A DNA stretch of 64,000 nucleotides from Marinobacter antarcticus (GTDB lineage Bacteria > Pseudomonadota > Gammaproteobacteria > Pseudomonadales > Oleiphilaceae): contig NZ_DRGY01000100.1 in the NCBI RefSeq assembly GCF_011049865.1, positions 11,952 to 75,951 on the forward strand, read 5' to 3'. Positions 8,958 through 17,172 of this stretch are shown here, in pieces. The notes beneath the pieces were generated by a model. It was not told where the DNA came from. It worked only from the letters and a program-made list of their open reading frames with translations, and did no database searches. Both the position numbers and the translations under genes were made by a program. Position 1 is the stretch's first letter, and every line of letters begins with the position of its first letter.

Positions 8958-10022
8958 ATGACAGCCACCACGTTCACACCACCAAAAGCAATAACAACTG
9001 CCAACACATCTGCATGGTGGAAAGGTATTGCGCTGGTCGCCGTCATCGCAGGAACTGCGCTGGCCGCCGCCAAAACGCCTTTGGCCAATCAAATCGGGCT
9101 AGGCGCCCTGACGCTTGCAATCATTACCGGGATTATCGCAGGTAACACGTTTTTTCCCCGGATTGCCCATCACACTGCTGAGGGCGTTGATTTTTCAAAA
9201 AGTAATCTGCTGCGGTGGGGGATCATGTTGTACGGTTTTCGAATTACCTTTCAGCAAGTTGCAGGCGTTGGCTGGCAGGGTGTTCTGACCGATGTGGTCA
9301 TGCTCACACTGACCTTTGGTCTGGCGTTACTCATCGGTATCCGGTTATTAAAGCTGGACCGACAAACCGTGATTCTAATAGGCGCAGGCAGCTCTATATG
9401 CGGTGCAGCGGCCATTCTGGCGACTGAACCGGTCATTCGGGCCCAGGCTCATAAAGTGTCTGTTGCTGTGGCTACCGTGGTGGTTTTCGGAACCCTGGCA
9501 ATGTTTCTTTATCCGATGGTGTACCCGTATCTTGAAATGACGGCTCATCAATACGGTTTATTTGTGGGATCCACGGTGCACGAGGTTGCCCAGGTGGTGG
9601 GCGCCGGGCAGGCTGTCAACGATGTCGCTGGCAACACCGCGGTGATTGAAAAAATGCTGCGAGTGATGATGCTGGCTCCCTTTTTGCTGGCGCTCTCCTT
9701 GGTTGGCTTTACCAATCAGCGAACAGACGGCAAAGAAACTGAACGGCAGGGTGGCATTACCGTGCCCTGGTTCGCCGTTATTTTTCTCGCGATCAGTGGC
9801 CTTAATTCATTCCACGTTATTCCGACAACTGTGGTCGATATTCTGGTTGGGCTTGATACCGTATTACTGACCATGGCTATGGCCGCTCTGGGCTTGCGAA
9901 CACACATTGGGGCGATCAAGCAGGCTGGCGCCAAGCCGTTGATATTGGCCGCTTTGCTCTTTGTTTTCCTGACTGTTGGTGGCTACTTCGTTAACAGAGG
10001 CCTGATATTGCTTTTCGCTTGA
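8958..10022 (+). CDS. yeiH: YeiH/UPF0324 family putative sulfite/sulfate exporter
   Basis: Motifs LLRWGIMLYGF, GSSICGAAA, GSTVHEVAQV, KMLRV, MAALGL. Confidence 0.92.
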   Translation: MTATTFTPPKAITTANTSAWWKGIALVAVIAGTALAAAKTPLANQIGLGALTLAIITGIIAGNTFFPRIAHHTAEGVDFSKSNLLRWGIMLYGFRITFQQVAGVGWQGVLTDVVMLTLTFGLALLIGIRLLKLDRQTVILIGAGSSICGAAAILATEPVIRAQAHKVSVAVATVVVFGTLAMFLYPMVYPYLEMTAHQYGLFVGSTVHEVAQVVGAGQAVNDVAGNTAVIEKMLRVMMLAPFLLALSLVGFTNQRTDGKETERQGGITVPWFAVIFLAISGLNSFHVIPTTVVDILVGLDTVLLTMAMAALGLRTHIGAIKQAGAKPLILAALLFVFLTVGGYFVNRGLILLFA

Positions 10023-10058
10023 AGGGCTTCTGGTTGATAAAAATTTGAAGACTGCAAA

Positions 10059-10086
10059 GGAATAAAACGGACACTCGTTACGCCTT
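10059..10086 (+). promoter_or_regulatory. ECF-sigma promoter copy 1 (GGAATAAA-N9-cGTtACGcCTT)
   Basis: Same -35 element and spacing as the copies at 10741 and 12401; the downstream element matches 8 of 11 positions. Confidence 0.55.
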
Positions 10087-10219
10087 CTTTTGTATGCCGG
10101 TTCTGCGTTCTCAAGTGAACACTGGAATACGGGAGGAGCCGTACATCACGTGAATCTGCCATTTCGGTGTCGGTCCAGCCTAAATGCGCACCTCAATGCA
10201 TAGGATCAGGAGATACATT

Positions 10220-10642
10220 ATGAAACAGAATCTGAAACACACACTACTGATTGTCGCACTTACTGCCGGAAGTTCAGTTTACGCTTCGGAAGGCCCCGGG
10301 CTGGATGTCTCAGCCCAGAAGGCTGGTAACGAAGTGACTATTTCAAGCGTAAAGGCTAACGCATCCGGGTTTGTTGTTATCCATGACAGCAACACCGAAG
10401 GAAAGCCGGTTGTACCGTCTTCTATCGGACATACAATGATCAACGCCGGTCACAACAGTGACGTTAAGGTGACGCTTGACCACACAGTAAAGGTTGGCGA
10501 AAAGCTATTTGTTATGCTGCATGAGGACACTGGAAAAAAAGGTATTTATGAGTTTGGGCCGGGCTCCGTAAATGTTGATAAACCAGTGGTAGATGAAGGT
10601 CATGTTGTCGTCAAGGCGTTCACCATCAACGGCATGAAATAA
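10220..10642 (+). CDS. Secreted beta-sandwich protein (DUF7282-like)
   Basis: Signal peptide MKQNLKH...VYA; motifs GFVVIH and VMLHEDTG; AGGAG RBS. Confidence 0.7.
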   Translation: MKQNLKHTLLIVALTAGSSVYASEGPGLDVSAQKAGNEVTISSVKANASGFVVIHDSNTEGKPVVPSSIGHTMINAGHNSDVKVTLDHTVKVGEKLFVMLHEDTGKKGIYEFGPGSVNVDKPVVDEGHVVVKAFTINGMK

Positions 10643-10740
10643 CCGAAAGCACAATCAACGCGCTCTCGCGATATTTCAACGAAGTCAACAGGGCGCTTGT
10701 TGTGGTATGAACCAGACAATCTCACATAAATTTCAATTGG

Positions 10741-10769
10741 GGGAATAAATCGGGCAGTGGTGACGTCTT
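10741..10769 (+). promoter_or_regulatory. ECF-sigma promoter copy 2 (GGGAATAAA-N9-GGTGACGTCTT)
   Basis: Identical conserved blocks to 12401-12429; lies upstream of 10897. Confidence 0.7.
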
Positions 10770-10896
10770 GATAAGAGACCGTAAATATTTTTACAGACCC
10801 CGTGAAGCTTGCGCGGCATATAGGCTACGAATGGAGAGCACCGGCCGTCATGGACTAAATGCTTCATGGTTCCACATGTGAATCAGGACTCTAACA

Positions 10897-12384
10897 ATGA
10901 TAAACCAACGTATCTTGCAGATATCAAAACTTGTGCTTTCAATAGGTCTTTTCTACGGCGCTAATGGCGCCATAGCGGCACCGGGAGAAGACAGTATTGC
11001 CCGGGGAAAACAGGTCTATAACCAGCAATGTGCCGCCTGTCATCAGGCTGAAGGGCAGGGAATTCCCGGATCGTTTCCGCCTCAGAAGGATCACACTGCA
11101 AACGTCTTCAATGCCAGTGGCGGTGTGGGCGGGCGAGACTATCTGGTCCATGTGCTGCAATACGGCCTGACTGGCGCGATTGATGTAGAGGGGACATCGT
11201 ATAACGGCAATATGCCTGCTTGGGGTGGATCGCTCAGCGACCAGCAAATCGCGGATGTCCTGAATTATGTGGTGACAGGGTTTGGCAATAAAGCACGTCT
11301 TTCCGGCGAATTTCGCCCTTACTCTGCCGATGAGGTGAAAGCGATCTCAGGTAAGGACCTCTCCGGTAAAGATGTCTATCAGTTGCGCCAGGTGGTCCTG
11401 GGGAACCAAGGGCAGGGTTCGGCGTTGTCATCGCCCACCTCTCAAAGTGTGGCAGCATCAGACGCCACCCACATGGCGTCGGAAGTATCACTTGAACAGG
11501 CTATACCGAAACCGATCTATGCCGCAGTCCAGAAAACCGGAGTTGTTGAGCGCTTTCCTTCAAAATCATCCTGGCCCGGGGTTGAGGGTGCTCACTACGA
11601 TGCCCTGAGTCCGGACGGGAAACAGCTCATAGTGTCGGGGTTCAAGACCGGCAATGTGTACGTTATGGACACGAATAACGGCGAAATCGAAGGCAGTATT
11701 TCGATTGGCGAGGTGGCGCAGGGTGTCAAGATATCACCAGATGGGCGTTACGGCCTTGCGGTAGCGCCCAACCAGGGGATCGTTGCGGTCATTGATATGG
11801 AAACGCTGGCACTGGTCAAAAAAATCAGTGTGGGTGACACGCCTCACAACCTCATTTTCAATACGAACGGCAGCCTCGCTTATGTCACCTTGCAGGGCGG
11901 GGGTGCGTTAGCCGTGGTGGATATGGAAACGCTCACCAAACAGCGAGAGATACCGACACCGGGGCTGGAAACCCCCCATAATATTGATATTTCCGGTGAC
12001 GGGCATCGTTTATGGATTCGTGACTTCATCGGCCATGTGGGCGTTCTTGATCTGGACAGCGAGAAGGTTCTCAAGGTGTTCAAGGTTGGCGCGGGTCACG
12101 GTGGCATCGATGTGATTCCCAACAGCCGTTATGTGGCCACGGGCGCCATCTCCGCGTCTCAGGTGACGGTGATTGATGCTGACAGCCTCGCAATTGTTGC
12201 CAATCTCGATGTAGGAACCGGACCCCATGGTGTGCGGGCCAGCGCCGATGGCCGTTACCTGTATACGTCTGTGACAGCAGACAATATGATCACCATTATT
12301 GACATGGAGTCGCTGAAGGTCGTTCGCCAGGAGCCCGTTGACGGGAAGTTTCCATTCTGGCTTGCAGTACCCGGCAACCCTTAA
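10897..12384 (+). CDS. Periplasmic cytochrome c plus YVTN/YncE-type beta-propeller fusion
   Basis: Signal peptide; CAACH heme motif with distal Met (GNMPAW); repeated 'VGxxPH...s.DG..LYvt' blades. Confidence 0.85.
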   Translation: MINQRILQISKLVLSIGLFYGANGAIAAPGEDSIARGKQVYNQQCAACHQAEGQGIPGSFPPQKDHTANVFNASGGVGGRDYLVHVLQYGLTGAIDVEGTSYNGNMPAWGGSLSDQQIADVLNYVVTGFGNKARLSGEFRPYSADEVKAISGKDLSGKDVYQLRQVVLGNQGQGSALSSPTSQSVAASDATHMASEVSLEQAIPKPIYAAVQKTGVVERFPSKSSWPGVEGAHYDALSPDGKQLIVSGFKTGNVYVMDTNNGEIEGSISIGEVAQGVKISPDGRYGLAVAPNQGIVAVIDMETLALVKKISVGDTPHNLIFNTNGSLAYVTLQGGGALAVVDMETLTKQREIPTPGLETPHNIDISGDGHRLWIRDFIGHVGVLDLDSEKVLKVFKVGAGHGGIDVIPNSRYVATGAISASQVTVIDADSLAIVANLDVGTGPHGVRASADGRYLYTSVTADNMITIIDMESLKVVRQEPVDGKFPFWLAVPGNP

Positions 12385-12400
12385 AAAAAGACTGCCGGTT

Positions 12401-12429
12401 GGGAATAAAGTGAAAGCTGGTGACGTCTT
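12401..12429 (+). promoter_or_regulatory. ECF-sigma promoter copy 3, autoregulatory for the sigma operon
   Basis: gggaataaagtgaaagctggtgacgtctt directly upstream of the sigma gene. Confidence 0.7.
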
Positions 12430-12475
12430 TGGTTAATGGCTAGCCCAATAAAGCACTCCTGATAAGGCACTGTGG

Positions 12476-13054
12476 ATGCGCAACGCCCGGAGCAAACAGC
12501 AGTTCGACGCCCTGACTCGCCCCTGGCGGGATCGGCTGTTCGGTGTTGCGCAGCGCCAGGCCCGGTCGCGGGAGGCGGCTGAAGACTGGACACAGGAGAC
12601 GCTGCTCCGGGCGTGGCGAGATTTTGGCCAGCTTGCGGAACAAGGTGCGATCTATGCGTGGCTACTGAAAATCCTGAATCGGGTAGTGGCTGATGACGTT
12701 CGGCGTAGCGCACGGCGAGATCAATTGGCACCTATGCTTACCACCGGTGACGCATTTTTGCAGGAGCAGGCCTGCACGTCCGCCGGACCTTTCGAACAAA
12801 CCGTGCAAACCCAAAGCAATGAACAACTTATGAAAGCGATGCAGGCGCTACCGGACAATTTCCGTCAAGTTGTTTTGTTGCGGGATATCGAAGGGCTGAA
12901 TTATCAGGAGATTGGGCAGGTTCTGAACATTGCACAGGGTACGGTCATGAGTCGGTTATCAAGAGGTCGGCGGCTTTTGGCCAACCTCCTCATCAGGACG
13001 GAATCCGGGGATGGATTAGCAGCAACCTCTATACACGGCGGTAAATCCACATGA
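12476..13054 (+). CDS. ECF sigma factor (sigma-70 family, group 4)
   Basis: Region 2 AEDWTQETLLRAWR...AWLLKI; region 4 LRDIEGLNYQEI...GTVMSRLSRGR. Confidence 0.92.
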   Translation: MRNARSKQQFDALTRPWRDRLFGVAQRQARSREAAEDWTQETLLRAWRDFGQLAEQGAIYAWLLKILNRVVADDVRRSARRDQLAPMLTTGDAFLQEQACTSAGPFEQTVQTQSNEQLMKAMQALPDNFRQVVLLRDIEGLNYQEIGQVLNIAQGTVMSRLSRGRRLLANLLIRTESGDGLAATSIHGGKST

Positions 13055-13866
13055 ATGACCTCGACAAAACAGAGGCCGGGCGCTTCTCTGAACTCCACCT
13101 CGAGCTGCAGGACTGGCTGGCAGGTTACGTGGATGGCGAACTGAATGAGCATCACACGGCCATAGTGGAGGCGCACCTGGTAGGCTGTGAAGCCTGTCGT
13201 GCGGACGTTGCCCGTCAGAAGGCCACGAGCAGACGATTTCATGATATGCCGACAACCCGCATGCCGATCGAGCTGCATAAGCAACTTGATAACGCGCTTG
13301 CAAACGCGCCGGATCATTCTGAACAAGCGCGCAGTACGACATCCAGATTTAATCTCAGACAATGGCTGACCGGCTTATACCGCCCTGCGGCGGTTGGTGC
13401 CGGAGGATGGGCCGTGGCACTGGTGCTTGCCGGAGTACTGTGGCTGCCCGACGTGGGTGTTATGAGTCAAGGCCACATCCCGATGGTGAGTGATGCCTTG
13501 GCAGACTATCAAAAGGTGGCCCTCACGGACCTTCCTGCGCTGGGAAATACCACTGACTCATCAGTTCCAGCCAAGCTGGCAGGCGGTCGCTTACTAGCCT
13601 CCTGGCACACCACCGTGGGCGGCGAACCCGCTGAGGCCTTTGCCATGCGACGGGGCAACAGCCTGGTGATTCAGTACCGGATTTCGGAACAGGTTCTGTT
13701 CAGGAATCCAGACGTGCGGAAGGCGATGGCCACCATGGGCGACTACCGTACTCGCGAAAACCAGCTGGAGGTGCTGGCCATCCCGATGAAGGAATCCGGT
13801 TTACTGGTTGTCGGGCCAGCGAATGCCATGCCAGCAACCAGTGATTTGGAGTTAGAATCTATCTAG
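13051..13866 (+). CDS. Zinc-finger (ZAS) anti-sigma factor
   Basis: EAHLVGCEAC (HxxxCxxC), one TM segment, periplasmic domain; coupled to the sigma gene. Confidence 0.88.
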   Translation: MNDLDKTEAGRFSELHLELQDWLAGYVDGELNEHHTAIVEAHLVGCEACRADVARQKATSRRFHDMPTTRMPIELHKQLDNALANAPDHSEQARSTTSRFNLRQWLTGLYRPAAVGAGGWAVALVLAGVLWLPDVGVMSQGHIPMVSDALADYQKVALTDLPALGNTTDSSVPAKLAGGRLLASWHTTVGGEPAEAFAMRRGNSLVIQYRISEQVLFRNPDVRKAMATMGDYRTRENQLEVLAIPMKESGLLVVGPANAMPATSDLELESI

Positions 13867-13973
13867 ACAGTAAACGTGATTATTTTACATCCAGCATCTA
13901 AACTGACGCATGGATGTATCGTGTGGTGCCTAAGGCGAGGGGCCCGGAAAGGCCAACAACAAGGAGAAGAGTC

Positions 13974-15203
13974 ATGTCCTTATCAGATCAGTACCCAAGT
14001 AATACCGACGTTCAGGCAGAGCCGATCCAGCTCAGCCGCCGACGCCTGCTGCTCGGTAGTGCCGGCGCCATGGCGTCAGTGAGTTTATTGGGGTTTTCGC
14101 CGCTTACCAGGGCGGAAGAACCCAAAACATTGCCTGATTACGTCAAATGGAAAAACGCCAACGAAGTGATTGTCCACAGCGCCAATACCATTGAAACCGA
14201 ACGAGGTGCTATTGGTAGCGGCGTGGTTACGCCCAGCGACAAGTTGTATGTGCGCAACAATCTGCCTGCACCGAACGAGCAGATCGTGGCTGACCGCGAT
14301 GCCTGGAAAGTCAGTATCAAGGGCGTCAACAACCCAAAAACTCTGACGATCGCAGACCTGAAAGACATGGGTATTGAAACGGTAACGACGGTGCTGCAAT
14401 GCTCTGGTAACGGTCGCGCTTTTTTCGAGCATGGCCCCGGTGGTACCCAATGGGGCACGGGAGCTGCTGGCTGTATTGTGTGGACCGGTGTGCGGTTGCG
14501 GGATGTTGTTGAGAAGCTTGGTGGTGTAAAGGCGGGTATGAATTACATAACCAGTACCGGTGGTGAATCACTGCCTGCGGGCCTCGATCCCAAGACCATC
14601 CAGGTTGAGCGCTCGGTGCCGACCCGGGCCCTTGATCAGGCCCTGCTGGCGTGGGAAATGAACGATGACCCCATGCCTCTGGCCCACGGCGGCCCGCTTC
14701 GGATGGTGATGCCTGGCTATTATGGTGTTAACAACGTCAAGTACGTAGAGCAGGTTGCGTTTACCGAAGATCAATCCGAAGCCAAAATTCAGACCTCCGG
14801 TTATCGCATTCGCCCCATTGGTGATAAGGGTGCGCCAGGGCAGCCGTCCATGTGGGAGATGCCCGTTAAATCCTGGGTGACAGCCCCGCTGTCGAATACA
14901 AACAAGGGCCGCAACATGATTCACGGCGTAGCCTTTGGCGGCATTAACGCGGTCGCAAAAGTCGATGTGTCCATCGATGGTGGCAAAACCTGGAAACAGG
15001 CCCGCTTCCTGGGTCCGGATATGGGGCGCTACGCCTGGCGGCCTTTTGTGCTTGCAACCGATCTGTCTCCGGGCGAGTACCGCATTGTTAGCCGGGCCAC
15101 CGATAGCGAAGGCAACACCCAGCCACCCAACCGAACTGAAAATGAGCGCGGTTACGGCAACGCCAGTTGGAAGGATCATGGCGTGAGTGTCACAGTCGGC
15201 TAA
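13974..15203 (+). CDS. sorT: Tat-exported molybdopterin sulfite oxidase-family enzyme (SorT-type sulfite dehydrogenase)
   Basis: SRRRLL Tat motif; YVRNN; LQCSGNGR (Mo-ligand Cys); HGGPLRMVMPGYYG...VKY; C-terminal dimerisation domain. Confidence 0.85.
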   Translation: MSLSDQYPSNTDVQAEPIQLSRRRLLLGSAGAMASVSLLGFSPLTRAEEPKTLPDYVKWKNANEVIVHSANTIETERGAIGSGVVTPSDKLYVRNNLPAPNEQIVADRDAWKVSIKGVNNPKTLTIADLKDMGIETVTTVLQCSGNGRAFFEHGPGGTQWGTGAAGCIVWTGVRLRDVVEKLGGVKAGMNYITSTGGESLPAGLDPKTIQVERSVPTRALDQALLAWEMNDDPMPLAHGGPLRMVMPGYYGVNNVKYVEQVAFTEDQSEAKIQTSGYRIRPIGDKGAPGQPSMWEMPVKSWVTAPLSNTNKGRNMIHGVAFGGINAVAKVDVSIDGGKTWKQARFLGPDMGRYAWRPFVLATDLSPGEYRIVSRATDSEGNTQPPNRTENERGYGNASWKDHGVSVTVG

Positions 15204-15300
15204 CCGAAAACCACTCAGCGGTCGCTACAACGACGGGCCGCTGCGACAGCTCTTGGATTACCGCGAAAATACCAAGTACCATTCTATCGAGGATAGTATT

Positions 15301-15618
15301 ATGACGTTACGAGCTCCCCTTGCGCTTGCTGCCTGCCTGCTAACCATCGGTTCCGCTCTGGCGGATGAGCAGTTTGATGCCGGTAAGAAAGTCTTTCTGG
15401 AACAGGCGCAACCGTCTTGCACCATCTGCCACACACTGAACGACGCAGGATCTGCTGGTGCAATTGGCCCCAACCTGGATGAACTCAAACCCAGCGCCGA
15501 TCAAGTGGTCAACGCCGTGAGTGGCGGTGTGGGCATCATGCCTGCATTTGACGGTTCACTGTCTGAAGAGCAGATCAAAGCCGTGGCGTATTACGTTGAG
15601 AAGGCGACGTCGAAGTAG
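15301..15618 (+). CDS. sorU: Cytochrome c, SorU-type electron acceptor
   Basis: CTICH heme motif, IGPNLD, GIMPAF; immediately downstream of sorT. Confidence 0.8.
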   Translation: MTLRAPLALAACLLTIGSALADEQFDAGKKVFLEQAQPSCTICHTLNDAGSAGAIGPNLDELKPSADQVVNAVSGGVGIMPAFDGSLSEEQIKAVAYYVEKATSK

Positions 15619-15671
15619 TGCGCAGCGCACAACGCTGGATATGGGATTAGGGCAGAGCCGGTATCAGAAAT

Positions 15672-16580
15672 TTAACCGTGCCCATAAGTATGGGCATCCT
15701 TGTGAATATGGTCGGGATGTTCGAACTCCAGTGTCGAATGACTTATGTTGAATTCCTGCTCCAGAGCCTGTTTTATCCTGTACTTGGTGCTCTCAAGCTG
15801 ATCCCATGCGCTTTTCTCGATAACTACATGAGCGTCCAGCGACGCATCGTGTTCTCCCATCTGCCAAAAATGCACATGATGAAGGTCAATCACACCTTCG
15901 ATATTTGACAGGGCCAGTATTACAGCATCTGTATCGATATCCACAGGGCTACCCAGCATGAGTGTTCTGATGGTCCCACCGATTTCTGTAAGACCCAGGT
16001 AGAGAATGTAGCCTGCGATACCTATGGTGATTGCAGGATCAACCCACCGCAGGTCGTAGAGCAGAATAAGTATCCCGCCAATGATCACGGCGACCGAAGC
16101 GAGTGCGTCGGAAAGATTGTGAAGAAACAGCGCGCGGATGTTGACGCTGCCCTTCTGCATCGAGTACGTAAGCAAAGCTGTCAATGCATCCACTGCCAGG
16201 GCGATACCGCCAAGCCAGACTACCCACCAGCCCTTGATTTGCGGAGGGTCGATTATCCGCATGCCACCTTCATAGACCAGGTAGAGCCCGATAATTATCA
16301 AAGTGGTGTAATTTATGAGGGCCGCAACGACCTCAATTCGTCCGTAGCCAAAGGTCATCTTTGAGTCAGCCGGGCGGCGCGCAATTTTTCGAGCCGCAAA
16401 GGCTATAACGAGCGCTGCCATGTCTGAAAAGTTATGCAAGGCGTCGGCGATCAGGGCCAGGCTGCCAGCAAAGATACCCCCTCCAACCTGGGCCAGAGTC
16501 AGTATGCCGTTCGCCCAGATGGCTATAGCAACGCGTTTGTCCTTGGTCTCGGGGGGCATATGAACATGTTCGTGACTCAC
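15672..16580 (-). CDS. czcD: Cation diffusion facilitator (CzcD/ZitB type)
   Basis: Motifs LIADALHNFSD, FLHNLSDALAS, HHVHFW, HSTLEFE. GTG start at 16580 (MSHEHVH) with a GAGGT RBS. Confidence 0.9.
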   Translation of the reverse strand: MSHEHVHMPPETKDKRVAIAIWANGILTLAQVGGGIFAGSLALIADALHNFSDMAALVIAFAARKIARRPADSKMTFGYGRIEVVAALINYTTLIIIGLYLVYEGGMRIIDPPQIKGWWVVWLGGIALAVDALTALLTYSMQKGSVNIRALFLHNLSDALASVAVIIGGILILLYDLRWVDPAITIGIAGYILYLGLTEIGGTIRTLMLGSPVDIDTDAVILALSNIEGVIDLHHVHFWQMGEHDASLDAHVVIEKSAWDQLESTKYRIKQALEQEFNISHSTLEFEHPDHIHKDAHTYGHG

Positions 16581-16810
16581 GGGATCAACCTCGTTTGGTG
16601 CTTGGTAGAAGAAGGAGCTCCCCAGAACTGCTGGGGCGGCGGGCATAGCTTGTCATTGGCCATCAAGGTTGTAGACCAATGGGTCGCATTTTGGGCTTGG
16701 ACTGAAGCGTTTTGTTGACCACTTCCGAGGCCTTGTCGCCATCAACACTGCAGGGCCGACCGCTGTCAGCCCGGCCACCTGGAATGGTCCACTAGCCCGG
16801 TTATTGCCGG

Positions 16811-17158
16811 CTAACTACCTGGACGGGACAGTGCCTCCTCGTCAACAACCCCGTCTTCAATGCGAATAGCCCTCACCAACCGGGAAACAAGTACCTTGCC
16901 ATCACCGGGGTGCCCGTCCTGAGTGCGGGCCTTCTCAACGATTACGCCTGAAACTTCCCATGCCGATGCTTCGTCAGCCACATCCACTTCAAGCTTGACC
17001 ATGCGTACTTTTGCAAGGTGGTTTCCGCCGCCCGCCGTTGAATGCCCGAATTCGCTCAATGGGACCACAGCAATACTGGTAACCCCTGGCACCTCCGCCA
17101 ATCCATCGATGACGTGCTCAGCCATTGTTTCACGTACGTAGGCTTTGATCTCATACAT
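16811..17158 (-). CDS. P-II-like small protein downstream of czcA
   Basis: MYEIKAYVR...VKLEV...GDGKVLVS: P-II fold motifs including the GDGK B-loop. Confidence 0.8.
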   Translation of the reverse strand: MYEIKAYVRETMAEHVIDGLAEVPGVTSIAVVPLSEFGHSTAGGGNHLAKVRMVKLEVDVADEASAWEVSGVIVEKARTQDGHPGDGKVLVSRLVRAIRIEDGVVDEEALSRPGS

Positions 17159-17172
17159 GGCTCATCTCCTCG

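Noticed and set aside
10897-12384. Cytochrome cd1 nitrite reductase NirS
   Set aside because: No nir or heme d1 genes nearby; the propeller is shorter and YVTN-like; the context is sulfite.
14568-15179. 203-aa minus-strand ORF, and the many similar long antisense ORFs in the track
   Set aside because: Antisense to clear genes; expected in GC-rich coding DNA.
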